Assembly: GCA_046733875.1 (NCBI GenBank)
Contig: JBKPQB010000006.1
Location: forward strand, 4,137-68,136
Source of the DNA: Acidobacteriota bacterium
Lineage (GTDB): Bacteria > Acidobacteriota > Vicinamibacteria > Vicinamibacterales > 2-12-FULL-66-21
Length of the DNA: 64,000 nucleotides
Direction of reading: 5' to 3'
In this document: piece after piece, positions 1 through 8,526 of the stretch
How the letters are laid out: each line of letters opens with the position of its first letter
Numbering within the stretch: the first letter of the stretch is position 1
Program-made: the position numbers and the translations under genes
The notes under the pieces: model-generated
What the model saw: the letters and a program-made list of their open reading frames with translations, nothing else
The model's database searches: none
What the model was told of the DNA's origin: nothing

Positions 1-2633
1 CGTCCTACGCGCGGCAGTTCCTGGAACAGATGGAGAAGCCGGACGTAGACCTGATCGACGGCCTCTCGCCCGCGATTGCCATCGAGCAGAAGACGACCGG
101 GTCGAACCCGCGCTCGACCGTCGGCACCGTCACCGAAATCTACGACTACCTGCGGCTCCTCTTTGCCAATATCGGGGTCCCCCACTGCCACCTCTGCGGA
201 CGTGAGATCGCGTCGCAATCGCTCGAACGCATCATCGACATGGTCATGCTCTCGCCGAACGACGAGCGCGTGAACGTGCTCGCGCCTGTCGTCCGCGGGC
301 GCAAAGGAGAGTTCAAGAAAGAGCTCGCCGCGCTCCGCGCGCGCGGGTTCACCAAGGTCCGCGTAGACGGTGCGTTCCGAGCGCTCGAAGAGGACATCAA
401 GCTCGATCGGCGTCGCAACCACACGATCGAGGTCGTCGTCGATCGAGTGATTCTCAAGCCGGGGATCGAGCGGCGTCTCGCGGAATCCGTCGAGGTTGCC
501 CTCAACCTCGCCGAGGACATCGTCGTCATCAACACGCTGGACAGCGGCGATCGGCTCTTCTCGAGACGCCTGGCGTGCACCTACTGCGGCGTCAGCATGC
601 CGGAGATGACGCCGCGCGCGTTTTCGTTCAACTCGCCGCACGGCGCCTGTCCCGATTGTCAGGGACTTGGCGCGGTGTACGACTTCGATCCGGCGCGGCT
701 CGTGCCGGACGAATCGCTGTCGCTTCAGGACGGCGCGATCGCGCCGTGGGCGCGCGGCGATCGGAAGCTCGTGAGGGAAGCGCTGTCCTCCCTGAGCAAA
801 CACTTCGGGATCGAACTGACCCTGCCGTTCAAGCGGCTGCCCAAGAAGATCCGCGATCTGCTGTTTTACGGCACGGGCGCCGGGCGCAAGGAAGGGAAGG
901 ATCCCTTCGGCGCCGGGTTCGAAGGGCTCGTACCCAATCTGCGCCGCCGCTACGAAGAGGGAAGCTGGATCGAGCAGGAGAGCCTCGAGCCCTATCGCGC
1001 GCTCCGTCCGTGCCCCGCCTGTCAGGGCGCGCGATTGAAGCCGCAGAGCCGCGCGGTACGTGTCAAGGGGCGAACGATCACCGAGTACGTCGACCTGCCG
1101 ATCACCGAAGCGCTTCGCGTCTTCGAAGCGCTGGAATTGACCGAACGCGAAGCGCTGATCGCCAGCCGCATCATGCGCGAGATTCGCGATCGCCTTCGCT
1201 TTCTCGACGACGTAGGTGTCGGATATCTGACGCTGGGCCGCAGTGCGGCAACGCTGTCGGGCGGGGAAGGCCAGCGTATCCGCCTCGCGACGCAGATCGG
1301 ATCCAACCTGACTGGTGTCCTGTACGTGCTGGACGAGCCATCGATCGGCCTTCACCAGCGCGACAACCGCGCGCTGCTCGGGACGCTCGCACGCCTCCGC
1401 GACCTGGGCAACACGGTCGTCGTCGTGGAGCACGACGAAGAGACGATCCGCACGGCGGACTATGTCATCGATCTCGGCCCAGGCGCCGGCGAGCACGGCG
1501 GCCATGTGATCTTTCAGGGTACGCCATCGGAGCTGCTGCAGGACGGCAAGGAATCGCTCACCGGCGCGTACCTGCGGCGCGAGCACTCGATCGAGACGCC
1601 GCGCACACGCAGGCCGACGACGCGCGGGTCGATCGTGATTAGAGGCGCGCGCGCGAACAACCTGAAGGACATCGACGTCGAGATTCCGCTCGGCGTGCTG
1701 ATTACGGTCACGGGCGTCAGCGGATCGGGCAAGTCGACGTTGGTGAACGAGATTCTCTATCGTGCGCTCGCGCGCACGCTGTATCGGGCCGGGGACGAGC
1801 CGGGCGCGCACACCGCGATCGAAGGCATCGATCTCATCGACAAGGTGATCCAGATCGATCAGTCGCCGATCGGCCGCACGCCGAGATCCAATCCGGCGAC
1901 CTATACCGGACTGTTCACGTTCATCCGTGAGCTGTTCGCCATGCTGCCCGAGTCGCGAGCGCGCGGCTTCCGTCCCGGCCGGTTCTCGTTCAACGTCAAG
2001 GGGGGACGCTGCGAGAGCTGCCAGGGTGACGGCGTCATCGCGATCGAGATGCACTTCCTGCCGAACGTGTACGTCACGTGCGAGCAGTGCAAGGGGCGGC
2101 GGTACAACCGCGAGACGCTCGAGATCAAGTACCGGGGCAAATCGATCGCCGACGTCCTCGACCTCACCGTCGATCAGGCGCTGCCGCTGCTCGAGAACTT
2201 CCCGCCGATTGCGAACAAGCTGCGCACCCTGCAGGACGTCGGGCTGGGCTACATCGAGCTGGGGCAGTCAGCGACGACGCTGAGCGGGGGGGAAGCGCAG
2301 CGCGTCAAGCTGGCAAAGGAGCTGTCGCGCCGCGGGACCGGGCGGACGCTCTACATCCTGGACGAGCCGACGACGGGGCTGCACTTCGCCGATACCCACA
2401 AGCTGCTCGACGTCCTGAACAAGCTCGTCGATCAGGGCAATACCGTGGTGATCATCGAGCACAATTTGGACGTCATCAAGTCGGCGGACTACATCATCGA
2501 TCTGGGACCCGAGGGTGGCGCGGGGGGCGGAGAGATTGTGGCCCAGGGATCTCCTGAAGCCGTTGCTAAGAACCGAGAATCCTTTACGGGCCGGTTTCTG
2601 GCGGACATCCTGCGCCCCTCGCACGCGGCGTAG
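1..2633 (+). CDS. uvrA: Excinuclease ABC subunit A (UvrA), 5' end truncated by window edge
   Basis: Frame is open back to nt 3 (SYARQFLEQ precedes the first Met). Two ABC modules: Walker [11 protein letters not shown], signatures [12 protein letters not shown] and [12 protein letters not shown]. CxxC zinc-finger pairs ([25 protein letters not shown]). Confidence 0.95.
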   Translation, partial: SYARQFLEQMEKPDVDLIDGLSPAIAIEQKTTGSNPRSTVGTVTEIYDYLRLLFANIGVPHCHLCGREIASQSLERIIDMVMLSPNDERVNVLAPVVRGRKGEFKKELAALRARGFTKVRVDGAFRALEEDIKLDRRRNHTIEVVVDRVILKPGIERRLAESVEVALNLAEDIVVINTLDSGDRLFSRRLACTYCGVSMPEMTPRAFSFNSPHGACPDCQGLGAVYDFDPARLVPDESLSLQDGAIAPWARGDRKLVREALSSLSKHFGIELTLPFKRLPKKIRDLLFYGTGAGRKEGKDPFGAGFEGLVPNLRRRYEEGSWIEQESLEPYRALRPCPACQGARLKPQSRAVRVKGRTITEYVDLPITEALRVFEALELTEREALIASRIMREIRDRLRFLDDVGVGYLTLGRSAATLSGGEGQRIRLATQIGSNLTGVLYVLDEPSIGLHQRDNRALLGTLARLRDLGNTVVVVEHDEETIRTADYVIDLGPGAGEHGGHVIFQGTPSELLQDGKESLTGAYLRREHSIETPRTRRPTTRGSIVIRGARANNLKDIDVEIPLGVLITVTGVSGSGKSTLVNEILYRALARTLYRAGDEPGAHTAIEGIDLIDKVIQIDQSPIGRTPRSNPATYTGLFTFIRELFAMLPESRARGFRPGRFSFNVKGGRCESCQGDGVIAIEMHFLPNVYVTCEQCKGRRYNRETLEIKYRGKSIADVLDLTVDQALPLLENFPPIANKLRTLQDVGLGYIELGQSATTLSGGEAQRVKLAKELSRRGTGRTLYILDEPTTGLHFADTHKLLDVLNKLVDQGNTVVIIEHNLDVIKSADYIIDLGPEGGAGGGEIVAQGSPEAVAKNRESFTGRFLADILRPSHAA

Positions 2634-2642
2634 GGTGCCCGC

Positions 2643-2663
2643 GGGGCTGAGGCCCGCGCTACG
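2643..2663 (+). repeat. Copy a of a 21-22 nt GC-rich intergenic motif (GGGnCTGAAGnCCnGCGCTACG-like)
   Basis: ggggctgaggcccgcgctacg lies 10 nt after the uvrA stop. Related copies, same orientation, at 3861, 7901 and 20731. Confidence 0.5.
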
Positions 2664-2684
2664 AATCGTCGGGCGGCCCGCGCC

Positions 2685-2708
2685 CGGCGGGCCCTTTCAG
2701 GGCCGCCG
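2685..2708 (+). terminator. GC-rich stem-loop downstream of uvrA (terminator-like, no U tract)
   Basis: cggcgggccc-tttca-gggccgccg: a 9-bp stem with one bulged G, about 50 nt after the uvrA stop. Confidence 0.35.
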
Positions 2709-2736
2709 AAGATGACGGTTTTGTGATGACGCGCTG

Positions 2737-2745
2737 TGGTAGAAT
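2737..2745 (+). promoter_or_regulatory. Candidate extended -10 element (TGgTAGAAT) upstream of lpxC
   Basis: tggtagaat fits TGnTAnAAT. No convincing -35. About 190 nt upstream of the lpxC ATG. Confidence 0.25.
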
Positions 2746-2934
2746 CGCCACACTCTCGACGGACGGCCCTGTGGTCCACAGGCCACATCGGAAACCGTTC
2801 CTCCCGCCGCTCACCGTGCTGTCAGACGAGCAACTCACGCCACGCCAGCAACTTACATCCCATGTTCGCGGTCAGTTCCCGGTGGCAGACGCTTTGCTGA
2901 GCTCGTATCGGTTCACCCAGCCTGTAGAGAGGAC

Positions 2935-3855
2935 ATGAACGCGCAGCGTACCCTCCGCCGACCTGTATCCTGCACCGGAATCGGTCTTCATTCCGGCAAC
3001 AAAGTCACGTTGTCACTCAAACCGGCGCCCGCCGATTACGGAATCCGGTTCCAGCGCTCGGACCTTGGCGGGCTCGAAATTCCCGCGACCGTGACGCATC
3101 TCGGGGGCATCCAGTACGCCACCGGGCTCACGCGCGAGGCGGTATCCGTCGAGACCGTGGAGCACCTGCTCGCTGCCCTCACCGCGCTCGGCATCGACAA
3201 TGTCATCGTCGAGCTGAATACGCCGGAAGTGCCCATCATGGACGGCAGCGCGGCGCCTTTCGTTTATCTCATCCTGAACGAAGCGGGCGTCAGGCGCCTG
3301 CCCGCGCCGAAGAAGTACCTCAAGGTGCTGCGTCCGATCTCCCTGAGCCAGGGCGACAAGCGGATCGCGCTGTACCCGTCGGATCATTTCAAGGTCACCT
3401 ACAGCATCAACTTCGATCACCCGCTCATCCGTCATCAGTCGCGGACGATGAAGATCACCGAGGACGCGTTTGTCGAGGAGATCGCCCCCGCGCGGACGTT
3501 CGGGTTCCTCAAGGAAGTCGAGATGCTGCGTCAGCGCGGCCTCGCGCTCGGCGGCTCGCTCGACAATGCGATCGTGCTGGGTGAGACGAGCGTCCTGAAC
3601 AACGCGCTGCGCTTCGAGGACGAGTTCGTCCGCCACAAGATCCTCGACGTGATCGGCGATCTCTCGCTCGTCGGGTATCCCGTGGTAGGGCACCTCGTCG
3701 CACACCGCGCGGGGCACGCGCTCCACACGGCGTTCGCGGCGCGGATTCTCGAAGAAGTGGATGCGTGGCGGATCGTCGAGGCGGCTGTCGATCCGTCGGT
3801 CGGGGCCGTGCCGGTGCGAGTGCCGGCGAAGACCGTACCGCACTTCGTGAATTAA
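2935..3855 (+). CDS. lpxC: UDP-3-O-acyl-N-acetylglucosamine deacetylase (LpxC)
   Basis: 306 aa. N-terminus RTLRRPVSCTGIGLHSGNKVTLSLKPAP..GIRF, plus the HKILDVIGDLSL and AHRAGHALH blocks typical of LpxC. Confidence 0.95.
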   Translation: MNAQRTLRRPVSCTGIGLHSGNKVTLSLKPAPADYGIRFQRSDLGGLEIPATVTHLGGIQYATGLTREAVSVETVEHLLAALTALGIDNVIVELNTPEVPIMDGSAAPFVYLILNEAGVRRLPAPKKYLKVLRPISLSQGDKRIALYPSDHFKVTYSINFDHPLIRHQSRTMKITEDAFVEEIAPARTFGFLKEVEMLRQRGLALGGSLDNAIVLGETSVLNNALRFEDEFVRHKILDVIGDLSLVGYPVVGHLVAHRAGHALHTAFAARILEEVDAWRIVEAAVDPSVGAVPVRVPAKTVPHFVN

Positions 3856-3860
3856 TTCGC

Positions 3861-3881
3861 GGGCCTGAAAGGCAGGCTACG
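3861..3881 (+). repeat. Copy b of the GC-rich intergenic motif
   Basis: gggcctgaaaggcaggctacg lies 6 nt after the lpxC stop. Confidence 0.45.
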
Positions 3882-3884
3882 GAT

Positions 3885-3914
3885 GTAAGGCGGCCCTTCA
3901 GGGCCGGCGCTTAC
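3885..3914. terminator. Stem-loop between convergent lpxC and the radical-SAM gene
   Basis: gtaaggcggccc-ttca-gggccggcgcttac: imperfect long stem with a GGCCC/GGGCC core. It overlaps the stop codon of the minus-strand gene. Confidence 0.4.
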
Positions 3915-5287
3915 CTGACGACCAACTCTTCGGTCGTCACTTTCGATCCGCACGTCTCGAACCAGTCGATCCCCTCGCTCACCAGATCGAACTTCAGCAC
4001 GTAGCGTCCGGGTGTCTCAGGAGCGCGGACGGTGATCGGAATCTCCATCGTGGCGCCTGGCTGCAGATGCGAGGGCAGCCACGCGCGCTCGAAATCGCGA
4101 TTGATGAGCGTGCCGTCGCCCGCGCAGAGTTGCGCGCCGAGGCGCACGAGACGCCTTCCGTAGCTGGCTTTCGAGGGAAACGGACGTGCGGACAGGTTGG
4201 TCACGCGCGCCGTCAGCGGCAGCGGCTGGCCCGCGCGCGCCCTCAGTGCTTTCCGCATCAAACCGGCGAGCCAGGACGTCCGCAGGTCGATCTGCGCGCG
4301 CGGCGTCGCGCCGGGAATCGCATTGCCGAGGCCGCTCTGATCCCATATCTCGTGGGCGATGCGCGCGTAATCGGGTGAGCCTGGGACGAACCGCCGCGAG
4401 AACATGTTCTCCGGATGATCGGTGATCTCCCACGCAAGGCGATCGACGCCGATCTCGGCCGCCGTCGCCCGCGCGATCGCCATTTCCTCGTCGCTGTCGT
4501 TATGCGTGAAGAGGATGTAGCGCCAGTTGACGAACGGGACGTCGACGCCCTTCCTGCGCTTCTCGTCCATCAGTGCCGAGAGATTCCGGATCGCCTTCTG
4601 GAAATCGCCGCGCTGGCGATATTTGACGTAGCTCTCCGGCGTCGCACCGTCAATCGAGAAGGTGACCTCGTCGATGCCCGAGCGCGCAAGCCGGCGGGCG
4701 CCGTCCTCCGACAACGCGAGTCCATTGGTGCTGGTGTAGAGATACACGTGCGGATAGCGCGACTTGATGTACTCGACCATGTCGAGCGCACGCTTGTGGA
4801 GGAACGCCTCGCCGTAGTTGAAGAAATCGATGCGGACGAGCGACGGCGCCGCTTCGTCCACGACGCGCGTGAACAGGTTGTAGTCGAGCATGCCCGCCTG
4901 CCGCGTGCGCGTGATGCCGGTCTCGGGGGCGCAGCAGGCCTGGTTGCAGGAGATGTTGCACGCGGCCGTGCACTCGATGTACAGCCGCGAGGGCAGCGCG
5001 CCGACGTCGAGGCCGCGCTCGGGCGGGGGCTGATCCTTCTTCAGCGGCAGCTTCAGCGGGCAGTCGCCGCAGAACTTCGAGCCGCCGGCGTTCAGGTCGC
5101 GTCGAAGCGTCGACGCGATGCCGCCAGTCCATACGGCGGACACGGACGGTTCCGTGCGCAAGTCGCCGAGGACGCGCTTGCCGTACGGATCTGCGCACCC
5201 GCACACCAGCCGTCCGTCGCACAGGAGCACCATCGTGCTCCACGGCCAGGAGCACGTGAACCGCGTCGCGAGGTAGTTCAGTGACAC
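3911..5287 (-). CDS. Radical SAM family enzyme with an N-terminal SPASM-like Cys-rich module and a C-terminal Ig-like domain
   Basis: 458 aa, GTG start. rSAM core blocks FNYGEAFLH, LYTSTNGLAL, EVTFSIDGATPESY. Cys cluster CTAACNISCNQACC. N-terminal CSWPW..LLCDGRLVCGC...FCGDCPLK resembles a SPASM/twitch motif. Confidence 0.8.
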   Translation of the reverse strand: MSLNYLATRFTCSWPWSTMVLLCDGRLVCGCADPYGKRVLGDLRTEPSVSAVWTGGIASTLRRDLNAGGSKFCGDCPLKLPLKKDQPPPERGLDVGALPSRLYIECTAACNISCNQACCAPETGITRTRQAGMLDYNLFTRVVDEAAPSLVRIDFFNYGEAFLHKRALDMVEYIKSRYPHVYLYTSTNGLALSEDGARRLARSGIDEVTFSIDGATPESYVKYRQRGDFQKAIRNLSALMDEKRRKGVDVPFVNWRYILFTHNDSDEEMAIARATAAEIGVDRLAWEITDHPENMFSRRFVPGSPDYARIAHEIWDQSGLGNAIPGATPRAQIDLRTSWLAGLMRKALRARAGQPLPLTARVTNLSARPFPSKASYGRRLVRLGAQLCAGDGTLINRDFERAWLPSHLQPGATMEIPITVRAPETPGRYVLKFDLVSEGIDWFETCGSKVTTEELVVR

Positions 5288-5554
5288 CTATCTCTGTTTC
5301 AGCTTCCTCACGTATGCGCCGAGCCGCTCGTTCTCGTACGACACGGTGTTGAGGAAGAGGCTCTCGGACAGGTACTGCTGGCGCTCCTCCTCCGACATCT
5401 GCTGGATGACGTGCTGGATCTCCGTCGCCATGTCCTCGAAGCTCGATTGCAGCTCGTGTTTCGCGGACACTTCCTTATAGAGCGCCTCCAGCACGGTGAG
5501 CAGGTCGCCGTCGAGCGCCAGGTCGGCGCCCGTCGTCATCTTGATGGTGCGCAT
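5288..5554 (-). CDS. Hypothetical 88-aa acidic, helix-prone protein (start moved to MRTIKM)
   Basis: The ORF-track start at 5620 would overlap the STAS gene. The ATG at 5554 lies 1 nt after the STAS stop. Its stop TAG abuts the GTG start of the rSAM gene. No recognisable domain and no Cys. Confidence 0.5.
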   Translation of the reverse strand: MRTIKMTTGADLALDGDLLTVLEALYKEVSAKHELQSSFEDMATEIQHVIQQMSEEERQQYLSESLFLNTVSYENERLGAYVRKLKQR

Positions 5555-5555
5555 C

Positions 5556-5897
5556 TCACGCTCCGAAGCTTTTGACGGCGCTCGGCTCATCAGGGTGCAC
5601 CTCGATGAAGTTCTGTGCACCTGTCATCGTGAGCATCGTCTCGACGCGCTTCTGCACGCCGGCCAGCTTCAGCGCGCCGCCGGCGGCGTTCGCCTGGCGA
5701 TAGAGATCCATCAGGCAGCCGATCGTGGCGCTGTCGACGTAGCCGACCGACGAGAGATCGACGACCACGCGGCGCTCGCCGGCGGCGATGAGCTTCTGGA
5801 CGGCGCCGGAGAACTCCGACAGGAGCGGGTACATGAGGCGCGATTCGCCGACCCGCACGACCGAGATGCCGTTGGCCTGTTCGGTAGTGATGTTCAT
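5556..5897 (-). CDS. STAS-domain anti-sigma-factor antagonist (SpoIIAA/RsbV-like)
   Basis: 113 aa. VVDLSSVGYVDSATIGCLMDL matches the STAS phospho-serine region. Start overlaps the upstream sigma gene stop (ATGA). Confidence 0.85.
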   Translation of the reverse strand: MNITTEQANGISVVRVGESRLMYPLLSEFSGAVQKLIAAGERRVVVDLSSVGYVDSATIGCLMDLYRQANAAGGALKLAGVQKRVETMLTMTGAQNFIEVHPDEPSAVKSFGA

Positions 5898-6532
5898 TCA
5901 GATACTCCGCTCCGCCGCATGGCCGCACGCCGGCGCGGCCTGACGGGCTGTTTGTCCTGCAACCGCCGGATCTGGTGCGCCAGCTCGATGCGCCCGCGGT
6001 TGATCCGCGACTTCACCGTGCCCTCCGGCAGGCCGAGCCTGTCGGCAATCTCCTGGTACGACAGCTCCTGCAGATCGCGCAGCACCACGGCCGTTCGAAG
6101 CGCCGGCGGCAGCGTCTCGAGCGCTTGCCGCAGCATCGCGCGCAGGTCCTGGTGCTCGGCGATCGCGTGCGGCCCGCGATCGGCCGACGCCGGCTGCAGA
6201 TCCTTTGTGTCGACGTCCTGCGCGATCGTCTGCCGCTCCTTGCGCACGCTCCGGTAATGGTCGATGCACAGGTTGCGGCTGATGCTGATGATCCACGTCT
6301 GGAAGTTCGCGCGGCGATCGAAGGTGCCGAGCGCCTTGAAGATCTTCAGGAAGATGTCCTGGGTGAGATCCTCCGCCTCATCGTGCTTGCCGACGAACTT
6401 ATACGCGACGTTGAAGACCTTGCGCCAGTTCTGACGGACGACCATCTCCCAAGCCGCCTGATCGCCGCTCAAACACTGCTCGATGAGGCTGTCGGGCGTC
6501 GCCGGCTGCGTCCCGGCGCTATCAGCAGGCAT
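5894..6532 (-). CDS. ECF-type RNA polymerase sigma-70 family factor
   Basis: 212 aa. Region 2: DLTQDIFLKIFKALGTFDRRANFQTWIISISRNLCIDHYR. Region 4 HTH: LSYQEIADRLGLPEGTVKSRINRGR. Confidence 0.9.
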   Translation of the reverse strand: MPADSAGTQPATPDSLIEQCLSGDQAAWEMVVRQNWRKVFNVAYKFVGKHDEAEDLTQDIFLKIFKALGTFDRRANFQTWIISISRNLCIDHYRSVRKERQTIAQDVDTKDLQPASADRGPHAIAEHQDLRAMLRQALETLPPALRTAVVLRDLQELSYQEIADRLGLPEGTVKSRINRGRIELAHQIRRLQDKQPVRPRRRAAMRRSGVSE

Positions 6533-6543
6533 GCGTCGTTATC

Positions 6544-7854
6544 GTGATATCTTACATGCTTTTGCGCTTGCCAACGCACTTCCGCGCGGCCGCCGACGCC
6601 GCACTTCCATCCGTGACAGGGTTTTTCCGCCAGGGCGCTGCGCTGGTCTGCGACGGTGTGCCGCTCGCCGATCTTGCCGCGTCTTACGGCACCCCGCTGT
6701 ACGTCTACAGTGCCGCCGCGATTGCTTCACGGTACCGGGCCATCGATGAGGCGTTTGGCGCCTACCCGCATTCGATCCACTACGCGCTGAAAGCAAACTC
6801 GACGCTCGCGATCGCGCGGCTGCTGCGCAGGCTCGGCAGCAACGCCGATGCGAACTCGGGCGGTGAGATCGACGTCGCGCTCCGCGCGGGCTTCATCCCG
6901 CCGCAGATCGTCTTCACTGGCGTCGGCAAAACGGCGGCGGAGCTCGCGCAGGCAATCGACCTGGGCGTCGGCACAATCAACGTCGAGTCTCAGGGGGAGC
7001 TCGAACGCATCGACGCGCTCTCGCGAGAGCGTCAGATGCGGACGCGAATCGCGATACGCGTGAACCCCGACATCGACGCGAGCACGCATCCCCACATCTC
7101 GACCGGCCTCAAGACGAACAAATTCGGCATTGCGGCCGCTCATGTGCCGGAGTTGTGCCGCCGTGCACGCAAGATGGCGGGAGTGGAGGTCGTCGGACTC
7201 CACAGCCATGTCGGCTCGCAGATTACGACCGTCGATCCGCTCCGGCGCGCGGCGGAACTGCTCGCGCGGCTCGGCCGCGAGCTGCGCGATGCGGGCACGC
7301 GCATCGAACACCTGGACGCGGGCGGCGGCCTCGGCGTCTCGTACGACGGCTCCCCGGTGCCCGGCGTGCGCGAGTACGCGGATGCCATTCTGCCTGCCGT
7401 TCGCGACACGGGATTCGCGCTCGTCCTCGAACCGGGGCGCCACATCGTCGCGCCCGCAGGCGTGCTGGTGACGCGCGTGATCGACGTCAAGGAGCAGGGG
7501 GGCGGCCGGCGGTTCGTCATCATGGACGCGGGCATGACTGAGCTGCTCCGGCCCATGCTCTACAACGCGTACCACCGCATCGAACCGGTTCTCGCCACAG
7601 ACGCATCGCTGGTGGATTCGGATGTCGTCGGGCCGCTCTGCGAGAGCAGCGATACGCTCGGGAAGGATCGTCGCCTGCCAGACCCGCACGTGGACGATCT
7701 GTTCGCCGTGATGGATGCCGGCGCATACGGATCCGCCATGGCGTCGAACTACAATCGGCGTCTCCAGCCGGCGGAAGTTCTCGTCGAGACCGGCTCGGCC
7801 GTCGTGATCAAGCGCAGGCAAACGATAGACGATCTGCTGGTGCTGGAGAGTTGA
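6544..7854 (+). CDS. lysA: Diaminopimelate decarboxylase (LysA); start uncertain (GTG 6544 or in-frame GTG 6613)
   Basis: ASYGTPLYVYS, the PLP-lysine block HYALKANS, and EPGRHIVAPAG. Diverges from the ECF sigma gene with only 11 nt between the annotated starts. Confidence 0.9.
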   Translation: MISYMLLRLPTHFRAAADAALPSVTGFFRQGAALVCDGVPLADLAASYGTPLYVYSAAAIASRYRAIDEAFGAYPHSIHYALKANSTLAIARLLRRLGSNADANSGGEIDVALRAGFIPPQIVFTGVGKTAAELAQAIDLGVGTINVESQGELERIDALSRERQMRTRIAIRVNPDIDASTHPHISTGLKTNKFGIAAAHVPELCRRARKMAGVEVVGLHSHVGSQITTVDPLRRAAELLARLGRELRDAGTRIEHLDAGGGLGVSYDGSPVPGVREYADAILPAVRDTGFALVLEPGRHIVAPAGVLVTRVIDVKEQGGGRRFVIMDAGMTELLRPMLYNAYHRIEPVLATDASLVDSDVVGPLCESSDTLGKDRRLPDPHVDDLFAVMDAGAYGSAMASNYNRRLQPAEVLVETGSAVVIKRRQTIDDLLVLES

Positions 7855-7869
7855 GCCAGTCATTCGTAG

Positions 7870-7889
7870 CGCGCAACGTTCGTTGCGCG
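7870..7889 (+). terminator. Perfect 8-bp stem / 4-nt loop hairpin after lysA
   Basis: cgcgcaac-gttc-gttgcgcg, 16 nt after the lysA stop. Enclosed by an outer inverted pair: cgtagcgcg (7865-7873) and cgcgctacg (7914-7922). Confidence 0.45.
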
Positions 7890-7900
7890 AGCGCGTCCGC

Positions 7901-7922
7901 CGCCCTGAAGTGCCGCGCTACG
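7901..7922 (+). repeat. Copy c of the GC-rich intergenic motif
   Basis: cgccctgaagtgccgcgctacg, between lysA and tmk. Confidence 0.45.
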
Positions 7923-7932
7923 TGAGTCGTTC

Positions 7933-8526
7933 ATGCGCGGGTACCTGATCGCCTTCGAAGGCCTCGACCAATCCGGCAAGCAGACGCAGGCGGAACGCCT
8001 GCGTACGTACATCGAATCGCGGGGGCGCGATTGCCGCCTCTTGTCCTTCCCTGCGTATGAAACGGCGATCGGCCAGGAAATCCATCGCGCGCTGCACGAC
8101 GGACGCGACTACACTCCCGATGTCCTGCAGTTGCTCTACATCGCGAATCGCTATGAGCACCGGCGGCAGATGCAGGACTGGATCGCGTCGGGCTCGCTCA
8201 TCGTCTGCGATCGGTACATGGCGTCGAGCATCGCGTACGGCGAAGCGCAGGGGCTCGATCCCGCCTGGCTCGCCGACACGCAGCGGCTGCTTCCATCGCC
8301 CGATCTGACGATCCTCCTCGACATCGCACCCGAGACCGCCGTCCAGCGCAAAGCTGCCAACCGGGATCGATACGAACGGGACCTGGCGCTGCTCTCGCGC
8401 GTGCGTGACAGCTATCGCCGCCAGGCCGCGCAGGGCGAGTGGCTGCTGCTCGATGGCACGCGTGCGAAAGACGCGGTCGCCGCTGACGTCATGAGCGCTG
8501 TCGCGTCACGGCTCGGGCTGCGGTAA
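7933..8526 (+). CDS. tmk: Thymidylate kinase
   Basis: 197 aa. P-loop IAFEGLDQSGKQTQ and DRY block (VCDRYMASSIAYG). Confidence 0.85.
   Translation: MRGYLIAFEGLDQSGKQTQAERLRTYIESRGRDCRLLSFPAYETAIGQEIHRALHDGRDYTPDVLQLLYIANRYEHRRQMQDWIASGSLIVCDRYMASSIAYGEAQGLDPAWLADTQRLLPSPDLTILLDIAPETAVQRKAANRDRYERDLALLSRVRDSYRRQAAQGEWLLLDGTRAKDAVAADVMSAVASRLGLR

Noticed and set aside
5555-5620. ORF-track start (5620) of the small protein, overlapping the STAS gene by 65 nt.
   Set aside because: The extension (MHRTSSRCTLMSRAPSKASERE) lies inside the STAS coding region in another frame. The ATG at 5554, immediately after the STAS stop, fits the tight coupling seen through the rest of the operon.
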